The position numbers and the translations under genes were made by a program. A stretch of DNA of 64,000 nucleotides. Origin: an uncultured Eubacteriales bacterium. GTDB lineage: Bacteria > Bacillota > Clostridia > Oscillospirales > CAG-272. The DNA lies in NCBI GenBank assembly GCA_949299535.1, contig CASGAQ010000004.1:21468-85467 (forward strand), written 5' to 3'. Below, one piece after another: positions 18,715-25,861 of the stretch; within the stretch, counting starts at the first letter, position 1; every line of letters starts with the position of its first letter. Below the pieces are notes generated by a model. It had not been told where the DNA came from, made no database searches, and saw nothing but the letters and a program-made list of their open reading frames with translations.

Positions 18715-18739
18715 AGCCTTGATTTTTCAAGGCTTTTTT
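18715..18739 (+). terminator. intrinsic terminator; inverted copy of the hairpin at 17640-17664
   Basis: AGCCTTGA-TTTT-TCAAGGCT followed by T6. Its reverse complement is identical over 27 nt to 17637-17663. Confidence 0.6.
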
Positions 18740-18791
18740 GTGTAATAGGAAAATGAAAAAAATAAAAAGTGATTGGCAAAAGATAAAAGTC

Positions 18792-18817
18792 GTGATATAA
18801 TTAAGTGATATAATTAA
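18792..18817. repeat. 13-nt perfect tandem duplication (GTGATATAATTAA x2)
   Basis: Read directly from the sequence; lies in an AT-rich intergenic region. Confidence 0.85.
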
Positions 18818-19007
18818 GTTTATTGCTAATCTGATGTGTGATTATTATACCATATCTTTTGAAAATTTTCAAACTTTTTATAAAATATTTTTCGTAAAAC
18901 ATAAAATATTTTTCTTTATAAAAAATAAGTTTTGCAGAACAGTTGCGAAAAGACAATATTCCCTGCATAATAGCCGCACACGACGAAATCACCCCCAAAA
19001 ACAGCTT

Positions 19008-19071
19008 ATCAAGATGAATATCAAGATGAATATCAAGATGAATATATCAAGATGAATATATCAAGATGAAT
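19008..19071. repeat. tandem array of 5 copies of ATCAAGATGAAT (spacing 12, 12, 14, 14 nt)
   Basis: Read directly from the sequence. Three abutting 12-mers are followed by two copies each preceded by an extra AT. The array lies about 125 nt upstream of the 19198 CDS. Confidence 0.9.
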
Positions 19072-19197
19072 ATAATGTAAAAATATCTGACAAGGATGGA
19101 CAGGAGCATATTGTTTTCGTATCAAAAGGCGATATGAAAGCAGAAGAATTTGAAGTAGTAAAGATGACGAGAATAACAAACCTTAATTGGAGAAAGG

Positions 19198-20121
19198 ATG
19201 AGTTGCATGATTGGTAAAAAAATAAATCGGATATTTGCCGTACTTATGTGTGCCATGATGATGGTGATCGTTTTTCCGATTACCGCAAATGCGGATATTG
19301 GCCCGAAAGCCTCTGTTCGTGTTCAGTTTGAGAATATGGGAGATACGCTTTGCTACGGTACATTGCTTTCAAAGACCGATTCAACCGGTCCGCAGTCTGC
19401 CTGGGACGGCAATGAGGAACATATCTATAACTACAATCTGGATCCGGATATTTGGAGAGCTTTTGTAGAGTATGAAGATACCGACGGGTATTACTTTCTG
19501 CAAATCGGTTGGAAAGTAAGCGAAACCAAAGAAATAGCGTGGACTTATTACCCTCCGAGTTCTTTTAAGATCCTGCTGTATTACCCCGAAACGGATCAGT
19601 ACATCGTAAGTGGTATTTATGAAAAGTACGCCTTTGATACTTATTATACCGTGGATATGGACGGAATTGACATCGGTTCTGTAGATTATAATGACGAGCT
19701 GAGTAGCAACGAGCGAATCGATGCTTACCGTTCCTACAACTATCGAATTGAATTTCTATCCCTGATCGCCCGTATCGTCATCACGATCATCATTGAAATG
19801 ATCGTGGCGTTGTTTTTCGGCTTCAGACAGAAAAATCAGCTGCTGCTTCTAATCGGTGTAAATACCGTGACGCAAATCATTCTGAATATTCTCCTGAATG
19901 TGATTAACTACCAGTCAGGCGAATGGGCATTTGTTTTCTTCTATGTTCTGTTTGAATGGATCATATTCGCTCTTGAAGCAGTGGTGTACTGCCTGCTTAT
20001 GAATAAATGGACAGACAAACCGAAAAAGAGGTGGTTTTATATTGTTTATGCACTTGTTGCAAATACAATCTCTTTCGGTTCGGGAATGGTTGTCGCACAC
20101 ATTTTCCCCGGAATATTTTAA
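19198..20121 (+). CDS. hypothetical secreted/membrane protein (signal peptide, ~150-aa Tyr/Asp-rich ectodomain, 4 C-terminal TM helices)
   Basis: 307-aa ORF with a GGAG SD 8 nt upstream and signal peptide ...VIVFPITANA. The TM block runs from IEFLSLIARIVITIIIEMIVALFFGF to the end. No family was recognised. Confidence 0.6.
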   Translation: MSCMIGKKINRIFAVLMCAMMMVIVFPITANADIGPKASVRVQFENMGDTLCYGTLLSKTDSTGPQSAWDGNEEHIYNYNLDPDIWRAFVEYEDTDGYYFLQIGWKVSETKEIAWTYYPPSSFKILLYYPETDQYIVSGIYEKYAFDTYYTVDMDGIDIGSVDYNDELSSNERIDAYRSYNYRIEFLSLIARIVITIIIEMIVALFFGFRQKNQLLLLIGVNTVTQIILNILLNVINYQSGEWAFVFFYVLFEWIIFALEAVVYCLLMNKWTDKPKKRWFYIVYALVANTISFGSGMVVAHIFPGIF

Positions 20122-20453
20122 CCAATAAAACCGATGTACAGGTGATAATTCTATGGTAAAAAACTTTTGGTTGAAGATGATAACCAAATATTTTCCAAGT
20201 AGGTATAGCAGGAGTAAGTTCATTTAATAAACACAGCGGCGATTTGGTATAAACACTATTTCGCCGCTATTATATTTACCATTTTGATATTTTCAAACCG
20301 AGCCGGAGGGATGTTAATTCTTGTTGCGTAATATAAACGCTAACGATTATTTGCTCGGATTCAATATGTTCGCATATTGTGGCAATAATCAGCTAGATAT
20401 GATTTTTCTCATTAAGATTATTTCAGTATAAGAAATCTTACTCGCAATTTTTT

Positions 20454-20472
20454 GTGATAACATCACGGAAAA
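20454..20472 (+). promoter_or_regulatory. candidate operator, copy 1 of GTGATAACATCACGGAAAA
   Basis: Exact 19-mer repeated at 20920-20938. It contains the inverted repeat GTGAT-AAC-ATCAC and lies 59 nt upstream of the rhodanese start, next to an AT-rich ATCATTATTATTATGAT element. Confidence 0.35.
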
Positions 20473-20530
20473 TCATTATTATTATGATATAATATGATCA
20501 GTAAGATAAGCAAATAAGCGAGGAAACGAT

Positions 20531-20923
20531 ATGAAACTTAAAATAATCCCCATTCTGCTCGTAGTTCTGTTTCTTGTCGGATGTGCGTCAACAACAGGCA
20601 CAGAAAGGGAGGCAACATATAAGCAAATTACCATGAGCGAGGCTGTGGAGATGATGGCAAGTGAGAACGATTACATCATTCTCGATGTTCGCCGTCCAGA
20701 TGAATACGCCGCAGGACATATTCCGAACGCTGTCAATGTTCCGAACGAGAGCATCGGCACGGATGAAATTGACGAGCTTCCTGACAAGGACAGACTTATT
20801 CTTGTATATTGCCGAAGCGGCAATCGCAGCAAACAGGCTTCAGAAAAACTTGTCAAACTCGGGTACACAAACATCGTTGAATTTGGCGGTATTCTTGATT
20901 GGACGGGCGAAATAGAAAAGTGA
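20531..20923 (+). CDS. rhodanese-domain lipoprotein (sulfurtransferase)
   Basis: 130 aa with lipobox LFLVGCAS. Rhodanese fold motifs ILDVRRPDEYAAGHIPNAVNVP and active-site loop YCRSGNRS. Confidence 0.85.
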   Translation: MKLKIIPILLVVLFLVGCASTTGTEREATYKQITMSEAVEMMASENDYIILDVRRPDEYAAGHIPNAVNVPNESIGTDEIDELPDKDRLILVYCRSGNRSKQASEKLVKLGYTNIVEFGGILDWTGEIEK

Positions 20924-20938
20924 TAACATCACGGAAAA
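20920..20938 (+). promoter_or_regulatory. candidate operator, copy 2 of GTGATAACATCACGGAAAA
   Basis: Exact repeat of 20454-20472. It overlaps the rhodanese stop codon and lies about 200 nt upstream of rubredoxin. Confidence 0.3.
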
Positions 20939-21135
20939 GAACGAAAGAAAAATGTAATTTTCAAAAGCGGATTTATAAATTGCACTGCCGCACGGTTCCT
21001 TGTCGGTAACGGCCTTGACTGCTGCAATTCTGCAGGCGGATTCCGTTCTTTAGACGATATACAACGACAATGCGTCAAACAAAAAAATCCACCCCTTGCG
21101 GAATGGATAGATAGATTATGAAAGGAGAAAACGGT

Positions 21136-21294
21136 ATGAAATATGTTTGTGATGTTTGCGGTTGGGTCTATGAAGAATCTGTAGGCGATTCCGACAAAGG
21201 CATTGCTCCCGGCACAAAGTGGGAAGAACTTCCCGAAGACTTTGAGTGTCCTCTATGCGGCGTGGGCAAAGACCAATTCAGCAAAGAGGATTAA
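21136..21294 (+). CDS. rubredoxin
   Basis: Absent from the ORF track because it is under 60 aa. AAAGGAG SD, then MKYVCDVCGWVYEESVGDSDKGIAPGTKWEELPEDFECPLCGVGKDQFSKED, which carries the canonical CxxCG...CPxCG rubredoxin signature. Confidence 0.9.
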   Translation: MKYVCDVCGWVYEESVGDSDKGIAPGTKWEELPEDFECPLCGVGKDQFSKED

Positions 21295-21340
21295 AGATTA
21301 AGCGTTGAGGAATCCTAAACGGAAATCTCAACGTTTTCTT

Positions 21341-22093
21341 TTATCCCAACATCACATCCGTGACAAGCATGACACAAAAACCGATAAGCAGAGCATAAGT
21401 TGCACCACGCTCGCTTCCGTGTGCATGGGTTTCGGGAATCATCTCATCGCTGATGACATATAACATCGTGCCGCCGGCAAATGCAAGGGCAAATGGCAGT
21501 AGCGCGGTGGAAATGCTTACGGTCAAATAACCGATAAGCGTTCCGATGACCTCAACAAGTCCCGTTATCATAGCAAGAACGAATGTCTTGCGCGGACGGA
21601 TGCCTGCGGCGATCATAGGCGAGATAATAACCATGCCTTCCGGAATGTTTTGCAGTGCAATACCGCCGGCAATTATGAGTGCCTGCGTCGTATCTCCCGA
21701 ACCGAATCCCACACCTGCGGCAATGCCTTCGGGCAGATTGTGTATTGCGATCGCCAAAACGAAAAGAAGTACCTTGTTGAGATTTGCGTTGTTGTGCGAT
21801 TCAGGTTCGTCGCCCACGAATTTATGTAAATGCGGCACTAACTTGTCGATGAGATTGAGACAGACCGCACCGACAAAAATGCCGGCAACCGTTATGATTA
21901 TTCCGTATTTTCCGCCGTATTCAAGCGAGGGGATTATAAGTCCGAGTACAGCCGCGGCAAGCATTACGCCTGCGGCGAACGCCAAAACAATGTCCGAAAA
22001 TTTATGCGATATATTTTTGAAAATAAAACCGATAACAGCACCGATAACGGTGGCGCCGCCCACGCCAAGGGCGGTCAATAATACAAGTTCCAT
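21341..22093 (-). CDS. zupT: ZIP-family divalent metal (zinc) transporter
   Basis: 250 aa with about 8 TM helices. Motifs AIAIHNLPEGIA and ALQNIPEGM are typical of ZupT/ZIP. Confidence 0.85.
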   Translation of the reverse strand: MELVLLTALGVGGATVIGAVIGFIFKNISHKFSDIVLAFAAGVMLAAAVLGLIIPSLEYGGKYGIIITVAGIFVGAVCLNLIDKLVPHLHKFVGDEPESHNNANLNKVLLFVLAIAIHNLPEGIAAGVGFGSGDTTQALIIAGGIALQNIPEGMVIISPMIAAGIRPRKTFVLAMITGLVEVIGTLIGYLTVSISTALLPFALAFAGGTMLYVISDEMIPETHAHGSERGATYALLIGFCVMLVTDVMLG

Positions 22094-22097
22094 ATTT

Positions 22098-22754
22098 TTA
22101 TCCTTCTGCTATGCCTGAAAGTTTTCTTTCATCAACGATCTCAACTGTTCCCCGTGACAGCTTGACTGCGCCCTCGCTCACAAAATATTTCAACATTCTA
22201 GTTACTACCTCGCGTGGACTTCCCATGTGGTTGCCGATTTCCTCATGTGTGATTTTGAGAATGTTGGAGCCTTCGATATTGGATTCATTCAAGAGAAAAT
22301 CCGCAAGGCGGCGGTCAAAACTCTTCCAAATGATTTGATCGATCAGCCACATCACGTCCGAAAAACGGCTTGCCATCACTTCGTTTGTGTAGTTTGCAAG
22401 CGGAGCGGATTTTTCCATAATGCCGCGATAGATATCAGATGGAATGAGAATGACATCGGTATCCTTTTCGGCTGAAATGGTAATGTCAAACTGAATGCTC
22501 CGCATCATACAGGATGCCGAGAATAGACAAATATCCCGTTCAAAAAGACGGTACATGGTAATTTCTCTGCCGTTCTCGGAAACGGTGTAGGCACGAAGCT
22601 GTCCTGATGTAACAAGGATAAGTCCCATACAGTCACCGCCGGTATGGATCAAGTCGCCTTTTTTGAAGTGTAACTCACGAACGCCGGCACTTAACGACGA
22701 TTGCTCCGTTTTATTTAATTGATTCCATACCGGAAAATAAGTTGAAATATCCAT
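22098..22754 (-). CDS. Crp/Fnr family transcriptional regulator
   Basis: 218 aa with an N-terminal cNMP-binding-like beta roll and a C-terminal HTH (THEEIGNHMGSPREVVTRMLKYF). Confidence 0.85.
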   Translation of the reverse strand: MDISTYFPVWNQLNKTEQSSLSAGVRELHFKKGDLIHTGGDCMGLILVTSGQLRAYTVSENGREITMYRLFERDICLFSASCMMRSIQFDITISAEKDTDVILIPSDIYRGIMEKSAPLANYTNEVMASRFSDVMWLIDQIIWKSFDRRLADFLLNESNIEGSNILKITHEEIGNHMGSPREVVTRMLKYFVSEGAVKLSRGTVEIVDERKLSGIAEG

Positions 22755-22798
22755 GTTTATACCTCCTAAAAAGATAAGTACAGTATATCATAATTTAA

Positions 22799-22840
22799 GA
22801 CATATGTCAATAATATCCGAGAAGGTTATTGACATATGCC
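22799..22840. promoter_or_regulatory. inverted-repeat operator candidate in the crp/DUF134 divergent region
   Basis: GACATATGTCAATAA (22799-22813) and TTATTGACATATGCC (22826-22840) are reverse complements at 14 of 15 positions. Each arm contains a TTGAC/GTCAA-type half-site typical of Crp/Fnr-family boxes. Confidence 0.4.
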
Positions 22841-22856
22841 GAAAAAGTGATATAAT
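22829..22856 (+). promoter_or_regulatory. sigma-A promoter for the DUF134 / NifX-like operon
   Basis: TTGACA (22829-22834), 16-nt spacer, TG-extended TATAAT (22851-22856). Confidence 0.5.
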
Positions 22857-22888
22857 ATAACTGTAAAAATATAAGGAGATGATGAATA

Positions 22889-23254
22889 TTGTCAAGACCG
22901 ACCAAATACCGTAGAGTCTGCCGATTTCCCGAAGTCATTGAGTTTTATCCTGCGGGAGAAAATACGGGTGAGCCGATTATTTTGACCATAGACGAATTTG
23001 AAACGGTACGTCTTATCGACAAAGAAGGCCTCTCACAAGAAGAATGCGGAGGACAACTCGGCGTAGGAAGAACGACGGCACAGAAGATATACGAAACAGC
23101 ACGAAAAAAGATGGCCGATGCTTTGGTGCTTGGGCGCACCTTGAAAATCGAGGGTGGATATTTTGACCTTTGCAACGGAAACCCAAAATTTTGCTGTAAA
23201 CAAGATTGCCGAAAGCGGCAAGTACAAACTGAATACAATATCGAAAGAGGATAA
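22889..23254 (+). CDS. DUF134 (UPF0251) family putative DNA-binding protein
   Basis: 121 aa with a TTG start 9 nt after AAGGAG. The N-terminus MSRPTKYRRVCRFPEVIEFYPAG and an HTH-like LSQEECGGQLGVGRTTAQKIYETARKK are typical of DUF134. Confidence 0.75.
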   Translation: MSRPTKYRRVCRFPEVIEFYPAGENTGEPIILTIDEFETVRLIDKEGLSQEECGGQLGVGRTTAQKIYETARKKMADALVLGRTLKIEGGYFDLCNGNPKFCCKQDCRKRQVQTEYNIERG

Positions 23255-23260
23255 CATATA

Positions 23261-23668
23261 ATGAGAATTGCAGTAACTTACGAAAACGGAGAGATTTTTC
23301 AACACTTCGGTCATACTGAGCAGTTTAAGGTCTACGACATTGAGGACGGCAAGGTAAAGCAGAGCCGCGTGGTCGACACGAACGGGCAGGGACATGGCGC
23401 GCTTGCAGATGTTTTGAACACTTTAAAGGCAGATATCCTTATCTGTGGCGGTATCGGCGGAGGTGCACAGATGGCACTTGAAACACTTGATATCAAGCTT
23501 TACGGCGGCGTTTCCGGCAACGCAGACGCAGCAGTGGAAGCGTTTCTTGCAAACAGCCTTGAATACAATCCCGATGTAAAGTGCAGTCATCACGACCACG
23601 AACACGGCGGGGAAGCTCATAGTTGCGGCAGTCACGGCTGCGGAAAAGGAAGCTGCGAAAACCACTGA
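23261..23668 (+). CDS. NifB/NifX-family (dinitrogenase FeMo-cofactor biosynthesis-like) domain protein with a His/Cys-rich tail
   Basis: 135 aa. MRIAVTYENGEIFQHFGHTEQFKVYD...ILICGGIGGGAQMAL matches the family. The tail is SHHDHEHGGEAHSCGSHGCGKGSC. Confidence 0.8.
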   Translation: MRIAVTYENGEIFQHFGHTEQFKVYDIEDGKVKQSRVVDTNGQGHGALADVLNTLKADILICGGIGGGAQMALETLDIKLYGGVSGNADAAVEAFLANSLEYNPDVKCSHHDHEHGGEAHSCGSHGCGKGSCENH

Positions 23669-23669
23669 T

Positions 23670-23681
23670 GTGATAATATCA
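23670..23681 (+). promoter_or_regulatory. third, degenerate copy of the GTGATAAyATCA motif
   Basis: GTGATAATATCA lies 2 nt after the NifX-like stop codon and about 100 nt upstream of ferritin. Confidence 0.25.
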
Positions 23682-23778
23682 AAGAAGAAAAGTATTTGAA
23701 GAAATTTATTTGATGTGGTAAAATTAAACTATATCCACGGACTTTGGAAGACCAATTTTAACACGGAGGAAAAACAAA

Positions 23779-24288
23779 ATGAATGAGAAAGTACATGAGC
23801 TTTTAAATCAGCAAATCAACAAGGAATTCTATTCCGCATATCTTTATCTCGATTTTTCAAATTACTTTGAGGATGCGGGACTGGACGGCTTTGCTAACTG
23901 GTATAAGATTCAAGCACAGGAAGAACGCGACCACGCAATGCTCTTTTATCAGTATCTTCAGAATGAAAATCAGAAAGTAACGCTGGAAGCTGTCGACAAG
24001 CCTGACACGAAAGCAACCTGCCACATGGACATTTTGAAAGCTGGATTGGAGCATGAGAAGTATGTTACTTCGCTTATCAACGACATTTATGCCGAGGCAT
24101 ATGAGGCAAAGGATTTCCGCACCATGCAGTTCCTCGACTGGTTTGTCAAGGAACAGGGAGAAGAGGAAACTAATGCAAACGATCTGATTTCAAAAATGGA
24201 GTTGTTTGGTTCTGATCCCAAGAGCCTGTATATGCTCAACCAAGAGCTTGCGGCAAGAGTTTATTCTGCGCCTTCACTTGTATTATAA
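23779..24288 (+). CDS. ftnA: non-heme ferritin
   Basis: 169 aa. LNQQINKEFYSAYLYLDFSNYF, QEERDHA and EHEK ferroxidase-centre motifs. Confidence 0.9.
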   Translation: MNEKVHELLNQQINKEFYSAYLYLDFSNYFEDAGLDGFANWYKIQAQEERDHAMLFYQYLQNENQKVTLEAVDKPDTKATCHMDILKAGLEHEKYVTSLINDIYAEAYEAKDFRTMQFLDWFVKEQGEEETNANDLISKMELFGSDPKSLYMLNQELAARVYSAPSLVL

Positions 24289-24388
24289 TTAGCGCAGCAA
24301 CACTTGCTGCGATCGTTTCAGCACAGTAGTCTGCACAATCAAAGAACATCTCGGATTTTTTATTTGTACCTCAAAATATAACAGCAAA

Positions 24389-24421
24389 ACGGAGATTTCG
24401 AAAGATTTCTCCGTTTTTTTT
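24389..24421 (+). terminator. intrinsic terminator after ferritin
   Basis: ACGGAGA-TTTCGAAAGATT-TCTCCGT followed by T8. Confidence 0.7.
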
Positions 24422-24794
24422 CGAAAAAATAAATATCCGAACATTATTTTTTCGAATTTTAAGGATGCAAATCCGCATACTCGGCGCGTATACAGAGAAA
24501 CTTCACGATGAATAATATTATAAATAATTACAAAAGAAACTGCCCTCGTTTGTTGTTTATGTGTATTGCCGCTATTTTCTTCGGCTTTAATCGCGATGAT
24601 CTGATACTGTCGCTTTTGTTCTTTTTGATATCTCGGATCAGCATATATAGCATATATATTATGGAAAATCGACAGATCAGGACAGTAAAATCAAGATGAT
24701 TTTTTAATATAAACAGATTGATGTCGGTGTGAAATCATATATTCAAAGACTTATAAAAGAGTCAGAATTTTACAATAAAAGCCGAATTTTTATG

Positions 24795-24823
24795 TTGACA
24801 TCGTGTCAAGACAAGAGTATAAT
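24795..24823 (+). promoter_or_regulatory. consensus sigma-A promoter of the atp operon
   Basis: TTGACA (24795-24800), exactly 17 nt of spacer, TATAAT (24818-24823). This leaves a ~190-nt leader before atpB. Confidence 0.6.
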
Positions 24824-25018
24824 ATACAACTAACATGAGGACAAGAGCAAAAAGAGAGGTATATCTGTCGAATGATGTAGTTAAAGTTACAGCGGAGAGA
24901 AGAGATGATATCATAAATGTCTGCGAAAAACTGCATCAAACGTCTGCCGTGATAAAGAAAAAACGGATATCACGGTATTATGAATTTATATTAAAGCTCA
25001 TGAAAAAGAGGTGTATCT

Positions 25019-25861
25019 ATGGCAAACAAATTAAAAATGTCAAAGCGAAAAAAGATTTTTTTGCTTTGCTGGCTTGCATCGATTGCCGTTGTTTTGATAT
25101 TGATATTTCTTGTCGGTTTTCCTGACGAAGAAAAAAGCGAGAGTATTAAGGACGCGATGAAAGATGCAGTGCTTCATGAACACAATAAGATATCGTTTTT
25201 CGGACTCGAGGTAAATCCTTCGTTGATCTCAGCTTATGCGGTAACGGCGGTTTTACTTATTGCGGCGGCTTTGATTCGCATTTTCGCAGTGCCGAGATTT
25301 AAGATAGTTCCGGGCAAGTTTCAAATCATTCTTGAAAAATCCGTTACATTCTTTAACGACATGGCGGTCGGCAACAGTCCTCACAAGCCGAAATTTGTCG
25401 GCGCTTATATCTTCAGTGCCGGAGTTTATATTTTCTTCGGAACTATTTTTGAACTGTTCGGAGTACAGGTGACGGCAACAAACGGTAACATAATGTCACT
25501 TCCGGCACCGCTTGCTGATATTAACGGCGCAATCGCCATGGGCTTTACATCATTTGCCGTAATACTCGGAGCAGGGATCATAACAAACGGAGTTGGCGGT
25601 GCAATGAGAGTATTGAAGGACTTTTCTCTGCCTATCTCCATGAGCTTCCGTCTGTTCGGCGCATTGCTCAGCGGTCTTTTGGTAACCGAGCTTGTTTATT
25701 ATTATGTATCGCTCAGCTTCGTATTGCCCGTTATCGTCGGCGTATTGTTTACATTACTGCATGCACTTATACAAGCCTATGTCTTGGCAACACTCGTTTC
25801 AATTTTCTACGGCGAAGCCGTGGAACCCAAAAAACAAAAAAAGAAGGTAAGAACAAAATGA
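25019..25861 (+). CDS. atpB: F0F1 ATP synthase subunit a
   Basis: 280 aa with the conserved stator arginine context PISMSFRLFGALLSG. First gene of an a-c-b-(delta)alpha-gamma-beta-epsilon operon. Confidence 0.9.
   Translation: MANKLKMSKRKKIFLLCWLASIAVVLILIFLVGFPDEEKSESIKDAMKDAVLHEHNKISFFGLEVNPSLISAYAVTAVLLIAAALIRIFAVPRFKIVPGKFQIILEKSVTFFNDMAVGNSPHKPKFVGAYIFSAGVYIFFGTIFELFGVQVTATNGNIMSLPAPLADINGAIAMGFTSFAVILGAGIITNGVGGAMRVLKDFSLPISMSFRLFGALLSGLLVTELVYYYVSLSFVLPVIVGVLFTLLHALIQAYVLATLVSIFYGEAVEPKKQKKKVRTK

Noticed and set aside
19008-19071. The tandem repeat array, considered as a possible CRISPR array.
   Set aside because: The repeat units are 12 nt and directly abutting or separated by 2 nt, so there are no spacers. 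No cas genes occur in the window.
17607-20530. Calling the tRNA-adjacent islet a prophage or intact genomic island.
   Set aside because: No integrase, recombinase, phage structural gene or att direct repeat of the tRNA 3' end could be found by eye. It is reported only as a compositionally distinct, decayed islet.
24508-24699. A 63-aa hydrophobic ORF upstream of the atp operon, considered as a possible AtpI/AtpZ-like gene.
   Set aside because: It lies upstream of the consensus atp promoter (24795-24823), has no SD, is too short for AtpI, and sits in very AT-rich sequence where such ORFs arise by chance.
24835-25125. A 96-aa ORF in the atp leader that overlaps the atpB start.
   Set aside because: It has no SD, a highly basic low-complexity translation, and it overlaps atpB out of frame. 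The region is better interpreted as an untranslated leader containing a CCGTGATA...TATCACGG hairpin.
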